Assembly (NCBI GenBank): GCA_033763775.1
Contig: JANRJW010000003.1
Span: 40,753 to 104,752 of the forward strand
Source: Alphaproteobacteria bacterium
GTDB taxonomy: Bacteria; Pseudomonadota; Alphaproteobacteria; Rickettsiales; SXRF01
Direction of reading: 5' to 3'
DNA length: 64,000 nt
Position 1 is the first letter of the stretch; every line of letters starts with the position of its first letter. This document shows, piece after piece, positions 47,123 to 55,466 of the stretch. The position numbers and the translations under genes were made by a program. The notes below the pieces were generated by a model that searched no databases, was not told the DNA's origin, and saw only the letters and a list, made by a program, of their open reading frames with translations.

Positions 47123-50100
47123 ATGAATAAAATCAGCCCGTCCAGTATCTCCGCCAGCAAAAGCCACCACCCCACCTTCACGCTGACCCCCGCAAGGCTC
47201 ATGGCTGGCCTGAAGGAAGAGCTGGACAGCAGCACCCTCAGCGAAGCGCAGCAACTCTATGCCGATGCCCTGCTGCTCAATGTAAGCAACCATGCAGCAA
47301 GCGCACTCGCCGAGGACGCTTCCATCACCAGCAGCACCAAAGCGCGCAGCGCCCCTCCCGCCCATAGCCGCACACGCGCCGGCCAATATGAGCCGGTGCT
47401 CTATGAGCTGATTAAAGATGGCAAAACAGAGGAGATCGGCCGTTTAGTCGAAAAGCAGTCCATCACTATCACCAGCCACCCGAATTTCAGCCGCTCACGC
47501 GAGCTGGCAAAACTCTCTCGCGAGCTGACCGATGCACTGAGCGGCTTATCACGCATAGAGCAGCATGAGATCCAGCAGACGGGCACCCTGCCGCAAGGCG
47601 AAATCCGAGATAAAGTTGCCGATATACTGGCCAAACTACCCGCCGAGCTGAAACCCCGAAAAAAACGCACACGACGAGATGAGGTGGAAGAAACCACACT
47701 CGACTTCATCCCCACCGCGATGAAAGCCGCCAGCGAACAACTCGCCATCATCAAAAAACGTGCGCCGCAAAAGCTGGAATTTAAGAGCACAAACCAGCTG
47801 GATGCCGTAGCCGAACTGCTGCCGGAATATAATAGCTGGATCACTGATGGCGACGGCAAGCGTACCTGCCATGTCTATGACACGGAATACATGATCCCCG
47901 CCATCAAGCGCAAAACCTATGAAGAATACCTAAAGCAGATGGAAAAACTGCCCGACCAGCTGGGTGAATGGAATGTAAAAGCAGCGAGAGAAAAACTCTC
48001 CGGCGATATCGCAAAACTAACTGAGATTGAAGAACTCACAATACGGCGCATGGAGGCATTTAACCACCTCCATGAAAAATATGAGGCGCAGAAAGGTGAA
48101 GGCCGCGATACACCGGCCGTCAGCGCTTATCAACAGGCAAGACGTGATACACAGAAAATCTGCGAAGAATATATCCAGAAAGTCACGGGCAGTGATGCCG
48201 CCAAACAACTGCTGCAAGGCGACGCTGTCTCCGAAATACTTACTCCACTGGCCGCTTCGCTGGGGAGCATCTACAAAGATGCTCTCACACTCGATGCTGA
48301 CCGACAATCTGTGGCAGAAGATTTATATGTTAAACTCAAACATTTCGGCAACTTTGCCGTGCGCCTCCAGCGCCGCGAAAATGCCGGCCAGTATCATGAA
48401 ATTTTCAAACATCTTATCGAGAAACAAAACAGCGTTCGCGAGGCACTGGTTGAAAGGCTGGCTGGAACCTATGGCGTAGATGAAAATGATATCATCAGCA
48501 GGATGGAAGATAAAAAATTCCTCAGCGATGCCATTAATACTTTTGCCCACGATATCATTATCGAGGACAAGGATTCGAAAGTCAGGAAAGCCATTAAAGA
48601 AGAGTATCGAAGGCTGGCTGCCAAACTGGAAAAAAGCGCCAAGAAAAACAATGGCGGTGACCAGAACCCCGCCATCAGTGCGCTGGAAAAAGACGAGCTG
48701 CTCGCGCTTGATGGCCTTGGGCATTTTGTGATGGCGCAGTATTATCCTGAAGCATTTAAAGGCGGCTTTGTGATTGCTGAGTTTGGCCAGCCCGGGCTTG
48801 ATGTGCTTAAGCGTGGTGATGAGGCGGAAATTGCACAGGAAGTTGGCCGTGTCGCAATGGATGATATGAAATTGCAGGTCGCGCTCGCCCACGCGATGAA
48901 AACCAACAAGTTTGACAGAAGCAGAGTCAAAATCATCCCCCTGCACGAAGACCCGGCCACGCTACTGCATATCCCGGGCGCACAAGGCGTGCTGCGTGGC
49001 AATGGCAGTGAGGATTCACTCATCGGCAATTACCTGCTCGATTACATGGGAGTGACCAAGGAAAATGCTGAAAGCAAGGCAAAACTTACGATTGATAAAG
49101 ATGGTAAACTCAGAAAACTAACCGCCTATGATGAGATGAAGCGCCTTGGCGTGAGCGATGGTGAGCTTCAAAAGCGCGGCCTGAACGCAGAATCGCTTAA
49201 AAAGACGCTGGTGCTGGAAGGCCCGGAGGATATGGAGGCGTGCAGCGATAACAGCAAACGCGCCGGCATTATCGGCGCTGAGCTTGCCGAGTGGTCGGTG
49301 CGTGAAAAAGCCATTGAAGGCGCAAAGCACCCGGTCAGAATCGGCGAGCAGCTTTTTATCATCCGCAAACCTAAATATCTTGGTCAGGGCGGCGCTGTGG
49401 CGCGCGCGACCGATGTGCCCATCACCTCATCGCAGGCCACCTGGCAGGGCGAACATGCCGCCTCGCAAACCGGCAAATCGCTGGCACACACCGCGCATCA
49501 CAACCTGCTCGGCAGGCTGTATCTTACCACCACCGCATCGCGCGGGGAGACTGAGCCGCCGGAGCTATTTGCCAAAGCCGCATCCATGCCCCATTTTGCG
49601 AACCGTCTTGGCCTGCCAACTTATGGGATGGAAGAAAGCGAAATTGAGCTGATGAAAGAAGCCATCAATGAGCGCATCGCTTCCACGCGAGACGATAAAC
49701 GCTATGATAAATTTCTGGATAAATATGCCGAGCCAGCGCCGAATTACAGCGCGCGGCCGGATTCCAAAAAAGCCGGCAGCAAAGGCTTTGCTGAAAAACG
49801 CGCGATTGGTGTGGCGGCGGAAGAAGCGGGTATTTTTGCCAACGTGATGGCGCTGGCGGATATTTTTTCAGTGGTGGATAAAGGTAGCCGCAAGGGTGAA
49901 ATTTCTCATGAAAGCATAGAAGATATTAAGCGCTGGCGAAACAATGACCCCGCGCTTCAGCAACGCCTTTCCGCCGCCGCGCTGATTGCTAATTTTGTTA
50001 ATTTGGAGAAGAAATGGGCGCGCGGAGGCATCACGCTGGAAACTAAAAATGGTCAGGAGTTACTGACAAAAAATGAGCAGACCATCAGTCTGGATACCCT

Positions 50101-50452
50101 TTTAGACGCCTACAAAAACAAGCAGCCGAATATTCAGGGTTTTGATGAGGCGGATATGGTGATGGCGTATCTACACAGCCAGTTCAGAAAGCTGGAAAAA
50201 GGCTTGCTCGCACTGAATAAAAAACAAACACTCATCGAGCTATTCGACGAGCCGCACCGCGAAAGCATTATCGCCACCAAAGTGCTGTATGACAAGGTTT
50301 TGGAACGGCTGCAAACCACCAAGGGCGAAAAAAATACCGATCGCGAGCTGCTCGAAGGGGTGTATTACCTGATATTTGAACAGGGCGGCGCGCAATTTCC
50401 GCTACCCCATCTGCTGGAAAAACCAAACGGCAAAAGCGCCAGTGCTCTCTGA
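47123..50452 (+). CDS. Highly divergent phosphoenolpyruvate carboxylase-like protein
   Basis: Nine collinear blocks resemble PEPC signatures: TSHPNF, SWITDGDGKRT, KHFGNFAVRLQRRENAG, FVIAEFGQPGLDVL, IPLHED, ACSDNSKRAG, LGQGGAVARAT, TWQGE and SARPDSKKAGSKGFAEKRAIGV. I chose ATG 47123 because the track start at 47084 is TTG. Confidence 0.6.
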   Translation: MNKISPSSISASKSHHPTFTLTPARLMAGLKEELDSSTLSEAQQLYADALLLNVSNHAASALAEDASITSSTKARSAPPAHSRTRAGQYEPVLYELIKDGKTEEIGRLVEKQSITITSHPNFSRSRELAKLSRELTDALSGLSRIEQHEIQQTGTLPQGEIRDKVADILAKLPAELKPRKKRTRRDEVEETTLDFIPTAMKAASEQLAIIKKRAPQKLEFKSTNQLDAVAELLPEYNSWITDGDGKRTCHVYDTEYMIPAIKRKTYEEYLKQMEKLPDQLGEWNVKAAREKLSGDIAKLTEIEELTIRRMEAFNHLHEKYEAQKGEGRDTPAVSAYQQARRDTQKICEEYIQKVTGSDAAKQLLQGDAVSEILTPLAASLGSIYKDALTLDADRQSVAEDLYVKLKHFGNFAVRLQRRENAGQYHEIFKHLIEKQNSVREALVERLAGTYGVDENDIISRMEDKKFLSDAINTFAHDIIIEDKDSKVRKAIKEEYRRLAAKLEKSAKKNNGGDQNPAISALEKDELLALDGLGHFVMAQYYPEAFKGGFVIAEFGQPGLDVLKRGDEAEIAQEVGRVAMDDMKLQVALAHAMKTNKFDRSRVKIIPLHEDPATLLHIPGAQGVLRGNGSEDSLIGNYLLDYMGVTKENAESKAKLTIDKDGKLRKLTAYDEMKRLGVSDGELQKRGLNAESLKKTLVLEGPEDMEACSDNSKRAGIIGAELAEWSVREKAIEGAKHPVRIGEQLFIIRKPKYLGQGGAVARATDVPITSSQATWQGEHAASQTGKSLAHTAHHNLLGRLYLTTTASRGETEPPELFAKAASMPHFANRLGLPTYGMEESEIELMKEAINERIASTRDDKRYDKFLDKYAEPAPNYSARPDSKKAGSKGFAEKRAIGVAAEEAGIFANVMALADIFSVVDKGSRKGEISHESIEDIKRWRNNDPALQQRLSAAALIANFVNLEKKWARGGITLETKNGQELLTKNEQTISLDTLLDAYKNKQPNIQGFDEADMVMAYLHSQFRKLEKGLLALNKKQTLIELFDEPHRESIIATKVLYDKVLERLQTTKGEKNTDRELLEGVYYLIFEQGGAQFPLPHLLEKPNGKSASAL

Positions 50453-51107
50453 TCGCCTGCTTTACCGCGATGCGCTGATGCTGGTAATCGACAAACCAGC
50501 AGGTATTCCCGTTCACAAAGGCAGCGGGGGCGGGGAAAATCTGGAGCAGTATTTTGACGAGCTGCGCTTTGGCCTGCCGCGTTTGCCTGCGCTTGCCCAC
50601 CGGCTGGATCGCGATACCAGCGGCTGCCTCGTGCTGGGGCGCAACCGCCATGGCCTCGCCACGCTGGGCAAACTCTTCGAGCAGAACCACATCGAAAAAA
50701 CCTACTGGGCGGTGGTCAAAGGTACACCGAAGGAATCACAAGGCATCATCGATGCGCCGCTGGCGAAAGTGTCCGCACGCAAAGATCGCTGGCAGATGAA
50801 GGTGGATGCTGGAGGCCTTCCCAGCCTCACCGCCTACCGCGTGATGGGCACAAGCGGCGCCCATAGCTGGATCGAGTTCAAACCCAAAACCGGCCGCACC
50901 CATCAGCTGCGTGTGCATAGCGCCGCGCTCGGCTGCCCGATTCTTGGCGATAAAATCTATGGCGAGGCGGACGCAAGCGGCCTGCAGCTGCATGCCCGCG
51001 CTATCACCATCCCTCTTTATGCGAAAAAAGAGCCGATTACGGTGACTGCGCCGGTGCCGCCACATATGCAGGCGTTGCTTGCGGCCTGCGGCTATTACAT
51101 AGCTTGA
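50376..51107 (+). CDS. RluA-family pseudouridine synthase
   Basis: LLYRDALMLVIDKPAGIPVH, HRLDRDTSGCLVL (catalytic Asp) and GRTHQLRVH. The start is uncertain: TTG 50376 overlaps the upstream gene by 77 nt, and GTG 50442 is an alternative. Confidence 0.8.
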   Translation: MNRAARNFRYPICWKNQTAKAPVLSDRLLYRDALMLVIDKPAGIPVHKGSGGGENLEQYFDELRFGLPRLPALAHRLDRDTSGCLVLGRNRHGLATLGKLFEQNHIEKTYWAVVKGTPKESQGIIDAPLAKVSARKDRWQMKVDAGGLPSLTAYRVMGTSGAHSWIEFKPKTGRTHQLRVHSAALGCPILGDKIYGEADASGLQLHARAITIPLYAKKEPITVTAPVPPHMQALLAACGYYIA

Positions 51108-51147
51108 CACCATGGCGCGCCTCTGGCAGTTGTTGGCCTCTTGAAAA

Positions 51148-51349
51148 AGCCCAGCCTACCCCCGCAACAAGTGTAGGGTTCGGCGGGCGTAAGATTTTCT
51201 AAAGCGCTAAAACGCTAGAGAAATGAAGTAGGGCTTGTCTCGCCGTAGCGTATGCGAAGGCGGATGGCCGGAATTGATAGAGCCCAGCCTTCGCCCTTCG
51301 GGCTACGGCGGGCGCTGATTTCCTAAGCGGCTAAGCCGCTAAGGAAATC
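51148..51349. repeat. Two direct copies of a ~70-nt palindromic element plus an inverted partial copy (REP/MITE-like)
   Basis: Copy 1 (51148..51224) and copy 2 (51281..51348) share three parts: AGCCCAGCCT, CGGCGGGCG, and a terminal hairpin ending GAAAT. Segment 51241..51261 (CGCCGTAGC..GCGAAGGC) is the inverted match of 51287..51310. There is also a 14-bp hairpin GATTTCCTAAGCGGC-TAA-GCCGCTAAGGAAATC. Confidence 0.6.
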
Positions 51350-51353
51350 TAGC

Positions 51354-51445
51354 GGAGGGGTGGCCGAGTGGTCTAAGGCGCACGCCTGGAAAGTGTGTGT
51401 ACGGGTAACACTGTACCGTGAGTTCGAATCTCATCCCCTCCGCCA
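51354..51445 (+). tRNA. tRNA-Ser (anticodon GGA)
   Basis: The acceptor stem is GGAGGGG/CCCCTCC and the D arm is GCCGAGTGGTCTAAGGC. The anticodon loop is CTGGAAA. There is a long variable arm and the T arm GTGAGTTCGAATCTCAT. CCA is encoded. Confidence 0.9.
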
Positions 51446-51533
51446 TTTTCAGTTGGGTTTGTCAAAACCGTCTAGGCTTGAATCTAAGTTTCAAAAAATT
51501 ACATAGATTTTTTCCCACATAAGAAATTGTAAC

Positions 51534-52148
51534 TTATGTAAGTTTTACAAACTTAGCTAAAAATTTTGGTCTCGCATAAAATGCTCTTGAGGTCGACCCA
51601 TGACCCGCACCTTTAGTGCGCGGCTGAATGTAGACACCCATACGCCCTGTAAGTGCCTTGAAGCCGCGCCTGGGATCTTTCAGGCACTGTTGGACTGTCT
51701 CGTAATCGCTTTTTACAGCTGCATACAGATCACCATTAAGATCTAAAGTGACAACTGAATGCACATAGCTTGGATCGCTATAATGTTTCCCAACTTCTCT
51801 CACCACACAAACTGCTTTTCTAAGCTTTGCCAAAAGATGGCTTTCTTCAAACGGCGTGCGCTCAACATGATAGGGATCGATCATGGTGATTGCCATGGTT
51901 TCCTTAAATTGTAGTTTGCCATTTTTAAGGCGCTTAAGCGGTATGGACTTTAATTCCCATGAACCAAAATTTGGGCTTTGCGCAGAATTAATAGGAATGC
52001 CAAGAAACCGCTCGCAAACATGCCCCGCCCAGCCTTTGTTCACTTTGCCATTCGTAGATAACACGGTAACTTCAAATTGCTTGGCAAGAGAATGCAGATT
52101 TACTCCCTCAAGTTCTTTTAGCTTGAGTAAAGCATCAGCTCTTTCCAT
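51534..52148 (-). CDS. MutH/Sau3AI-family endonuclease (single domain, 204 aa)
   Basis: KGWAGHVCERFLGIPINSAQSPNFGSWELKSIPL parallels MutH KGWIGVLLEIWLG...DFAALGVELKTIP. YIQPRTKGAG...RAFYARPKFLAKFV parallels MutH YLQIRPKAAN...RGFYLKKNF. Confidence 0.7.
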   Translation of the reverse strand: MERADALLKLKELEGVNLHSLAKQFEVTVLSTNGKVNKGWAGHVCERFLGIPINSAQSPNFGSWELKSIPLKRLKNGKLQFKETMAITMIDPYHVERTPFEESHLLAKLRKAVCVVREVGKHYSDPSYVHSVVTLDLNGDLYAAVKSDYETVQQCLKDPRRGFKALTGRMGVYIQPRTKGAGHGSTSRAFYARPKFLAKFVKLT

Positions 52149-52149
52149 G

Positions 52150-53067
52150 CTAAACTGCCGTTAGCAGGTTGGGCTGATCTCTAAAATAAACCTCATTAAG
52201 CCTCTTGATTGACAGGTCTATAAACGCATCCTCTAGTTCAACACCGCAAAACTTTCTATTTAGCCGCAGCGCTGCGACACCAGTTGTGCTGCTACCGGCA
52301 AATGGATCAAATACGAAATCACCCGGCTTAGTTGCCGCTTCTATGCAGCGCTGCAGTAGCGCTAAAGGCTTTTGAGTAGGGTGCTTTCCGTGCTCTTTTT
52401 CAACAGATCCTGGAGCAGTAAATCTCCAAACAGATTTCATCTGTTTGTCGCCATTATATTTTCGCATTAAATCATAGTTAAAATAATGCTTTGATTTATC
52501 ATTTTTAGCTGCCCAAAGAACAGTTTCAGTAGAGTGAGTAAAATAACGGCAAGCTAAATTTGGTGGAGGATTAGGCTTCTCCCACGCAATATCATTCAAT
52601 AATTTAAACCCAATTTGCTGCAAAGCAAAACCGATAGAATAAATAATATGCATTGTGCCTGACACCCAAATCGTTCCATTTGGTTTTAATAGTTTCTGAC
52701 AACGCGAGAGCCACTCTATGTTGAATGCATGATTAACATCTGCGCCCTGAGACTTATCCCACTTCCCCTTATCCACCTTCACCATTTTCCCGGCCTGACA
52801 GGTGATTCCGCCATTTGATAAGAAATAAGGAGGATCAGCGAAGATCATATCAAAACAACCCTGTGGGTGTTTGGCGATGATCATATCCATAATTTCAAGG
52901 CAGTTTGCCTGATAAAGATATGCCCCAGCCTCGCGGTTAGATAGCACCAGCTTCTTGGTTTCAACCAAACCGCCAGACTCTTGGAAACCTTGCGTTCTAT
53001 CGCCATCAAGCAGGTGCGATAGATCATAATCAAGGTTGTTGCTATAGATCATATTTTTCATTCTCAC
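52150..53067 (-). CDS. Beta-class N6-adenine (or N4-cytosine) DNA methyltransferase, DpnA-like
   Basis: Motif IV DMIFADPPYFLSNGG precedes motif I FDPFAGSSTTGVAA. Other blocks are NPPPNLACRYFTHSTE and GKHPTQKP. The stop lies 1 nt from the nuclease ATG. Confidence 0.9.
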   Translation of the reverse strand: MRMKNMIYSNNLDYDLSHLLDGDRTQGFQESGGLVETKKLVLSNREAGAYLYQANCLEIMDMIIAKHPQGCFDMIFADPPYFLSNGGITCQAGKMVKVDKGKWDKSQGADVNHAFNIEWLSRCQKLLKPNGTIWVSGTMHIIYSIGFALQQIGFKLLNDIAWEKPNPPPNLACRYFTHSTETVLWAAKNDKSKHYFNYDLMRKYNGDKQMKSVWRFTAPGSVEKEHGKHPTQKPLALLQRCIEAATKPGDFVFDPFAGSSTTGVAALRLNRKFCGVELEDAFIDLSIKRLNEVYFRDQPNLLTAV

Positions 53068-53184
53068 AGCCTAGTTTGATATTATCTTTTAGTAAAGGCT
53101 TTGGCGAATGCATCTAGAAATTCGCTATAAAACTCGATTGTGTATCCACTAACCTTAGAACACTATTGAGCTAATAAATCTATC

Positions 53185-53211
53185 GAGGGTGGCTTTAAAA
53201 AAGTCACCCTC
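53185..53211. other. Strong hairpin at the right edge of the AT-rich islet (possible bidirectional terminator)
   Basis: GAGGGTGGCTTT-AAA-AAAGTCACCCTC forms a 12-bp stem including one G-U pair. It is followed by AAATTTTTA on the + strand. Confidence 0.4.
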
Positions 53212-53378
53212 AAATTTTTATGATTCCAGCCAGATAATGCAGCCCCAGCCTCTCCAAAAACCCCGCCCGTCGCAGCCAATAAACATACGCCAGATTCAGC
53301 TTCACAATCGCCTGTCTTGTCTCCTCGCAGGTTCGCATAGCGTCTACAATGTCCCGCCACTTCTGCCCGTCACCCAGC

Positions 53379-54578
53379 TTATTTCAGGTAGTCAGCGCCG
53401 GGGGGTTTTTTTAGCCACATATCGCGCTCTTTGCCCATGGCCACGCCCACCTCGAACAGCGCGCTCATATAGACGGGGTCAAATAACTCACGCGGGTGCA
53501 CACGAAACGAATCCGGTATCACGGCGAGGTTATAGTCCACCCCGTCGCGCTGCGCGCCGACATACAGGCGGTATAAATCGCCGATGCTGTGATATTTGGT
53601 GAGCGTTTCGATCGAGCGGCGCGAGAGCGAAAACAGCCCGGGATCCAGCGCCTCATATTCCGGCGTGACCTTGCTGTTTCGAATGACATAAAGATGGCGC
53701 TTCAGGCCGTGGTGCTCGAACTCATCAATCACCCGCCGCTGAATGCGCAGCGGATACATGAACACATGCGCCGTGACACCGCCATCGGTGTGAATTTCCG
53801 TGTAGCGCTCGCCGCCCGCCACCACATCAAAAAATACCGGCTCAAACAGCCCCGGCACCGATGCTGATGCAAGCATGATGCGGTGAATGAGTGCCAGCGA
53901 GCCGGGATTGCCACTATTGGCGATCTCGCCAATATCCCAGATGACACCGCGCTGCGCCTCGAGATTGGTGGTGCCGATGAATAGCCGCCGTCCTTCGCGG
54001 TGGCGCGCGGCAATCTGCTGCATGAGTTCGGGCGTGATGTTTGACTGGATTTTTTTGGCCAGCGGCGCGCTGTTGGTCACCGCCAGCCCGCCGGTCAGCC
54101 CATCAAGCACCTGCGCCGTGCTGGTTTCGAAGATGGCGCTCGAATCGCTGCTGGTAAAAAGCTCGCGCAGCTGGTGGTCATGCTGCGTGCCGACAAACAC
54201 AAACGGCGCAATGAGCGCCCCCGCGCTGACGCCGGTGACCAGTGCAAAGTCCGGCCGTGTGCCAGACGATTGCCAGCCATGAAGCAGACCTGCGGCAAAC
54301 GCCCCGTCATAAGCGCCGCCGGAAATGGCGAGATAGTGCAGCGGCGGGTAGTGGCCATGGCGATTGAAATAAGCGCTGTTTGCCTGCCGGTAAGCATCCA
54401 GCCGCTGACGGATGCGCGGCAGGATGTCCGGTGGCGCTTCATCCGCCCAGAAACGAATGCTTGGTGGATAGCCCGCAAGCTGCGCCTCAGCCAGCTTCTG
54501 CTGCGGCACTGGGTGATGCGCCGGCATGGCCGAGCAGGCAGAAAGAACCAAGAGCATCACCCACGCGAAACGTTTCAC
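53379..54578 (-). CDS. Patatin-like phospholipase, lipoprotein signal
   Basis: Lipobox MLLVLSAC, oxyanion ISGGAYDG, GxSxG as GVSAG, and the catalytic Asp in HTDGGV. Confidence 0.85.
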   Translation of the reverse strand: MKRFAWVMLLVLSACSAMPAHHPVPQQKLAEAQLAGYPPSIRFWADEAPPDILPRIRQRLDAYRQANSAYFNRHGHYPPLHYLAISGGAYDGAFAAGLLHGWQSSGTRPDFALVTGVSAGALIAPFVFVGTQHDHQLRELFTSSDSSAIFETSTAQVLDGLTGGLAVTNSAPLAKKIQSNITPELMQQIAARHREGRRLFIGTTNLEAQRGVIWDIGEIANSGNPGSLALIHRIMLASASVPGLFEPVFFDVVAGGERYTEIHTDGGVTAHVFMYPLRIQRRVIDEFEHHGLKRHLYVIRNSKVTPEYEALDPGLFSLSRRSIETLTKYHSIGDLYRLYVGAQRDGVDYNLAVIPDSFRVHPRELFDPVYMSALFEVGVAMGKERDMWLKKPPGADYLK

Positions 54579-54593
54579 CCCTGCCCCTTTGTC

Positions 54594-55466
54594 CTATGCC
54601 GCTGGAAGTGGAATAAATTCTTTATCGTCGCCGGGCACGGTGCCGAAGCGGCCTTGCTGCCAGTCTTCTTTCGCCTGCGCGATGCGATCTTCCGAGGTGG
54701 AGACAAAATTCCACCAGATAAAGCGCGGCTCAGCAAACGGCTCGCCGCCGAGGAGCACAAAACGCGCTTCCTCCAGCGCTTCAATGCGAATATCGCCGCC
54801 CGCCTCAAACACCGGAAGGGTGAGCGGCGAAATGATATTACTACCAATGCGCAGCTTGCCGGAGACAAGGTAAAGCGCGCGCTCGCGATATTCTGGTGGC
54901 AGCGCCATGCTGCTTCCCGCCGGCATCTGCACATCCACATAAAAAATCGGGCTATAGACTTTCACCGGCGCTTCGTGGCCAAAAGCGCGCCCGCAAATGA
55001 GCTTCAGCTGCGCACCGCCGAGGGAAAATTCCGGCAGCGTCGCCGCGCCGTGGTGATGAAATTCCGGCGCGATCTCCTCAAACTCCTTCGGTAGCGCCAC
55101 CCAGCTTTGCAGCCCATGCAACCTGCTTGCGCCTGCGCGCTGAGCTACGTCTGTGCGTTCGGAATGGACGATGCCTCGCCCCGCCGTCATCCAGTTCACA
55201 GCGCCGGGAGAAATCGCAAGGTTGCTGCCGAGTGTGTCGCGGTGCTGGATCTCGCCTTCAAACAGATAGGTGACGGTGGAAAGGCCGATATGCGGGTGCG
55301 GCCGCACGTCCAGCCCGTGGCCAGCGGTAAACTGCGCCGGCCCCATATGGTCGAGAAAAATAAACGGCCCCACCATGCGCCGCTTGGCAAAAGGCAGAAT
55401 GCGCCGCACCGAAAACCCGCCAAGGTCTTTCTCGCGCGGTTCAATGGTGAGTTCGATCAAACTCAT
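54594..55466 (-). CDS. Pirin-family protein (290 aa)
   Basis: [24 protein letters not shown] and [26 protein letters not shown]-type cupin blocks. Confidence 0.9.
   Translation of the reverse strand: [290 protein letters not shown]

Larger units (their letters stand above)
51446..53230. mobile_element. AT-rich restriction-modification islet adjacent to tRNA-Ser (no integrase or flanking repeats seen)
   Basis: Base composition drops visibly right after the tRNA 3' end and recovers near 53225. The segment contains only the M and R genes. Confidence 0.45.

Noticed and set aside
51446-53378. Integrase gene or direct repeat of the tRNA-Ser 3' end delimiting the islet
   Set aside because: I found no integrase ORF and no copy of the tRNA 3' segment near the right boundary, so the mobility mechanism is unsupported.
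53225-53378. Short minus-strand reading frame ...QKWRDIVDAMRTCEETRQAIVKLNLAYVYWLRRAGFLERLGLHYLAGIIKI* just downstream of the patatin gene
   Set aside because: It could be a remnant of a longer gene at the islet border. It has no credible start or RBS and I cannot assign a family, so it is not reported as a feature.
54174-55094. 306-aa plus-strand ORF
   Set aside because: It is antisense to the patatin and pirin genes, which have clear family signatures. The product is Arg-rich and low-complexity.
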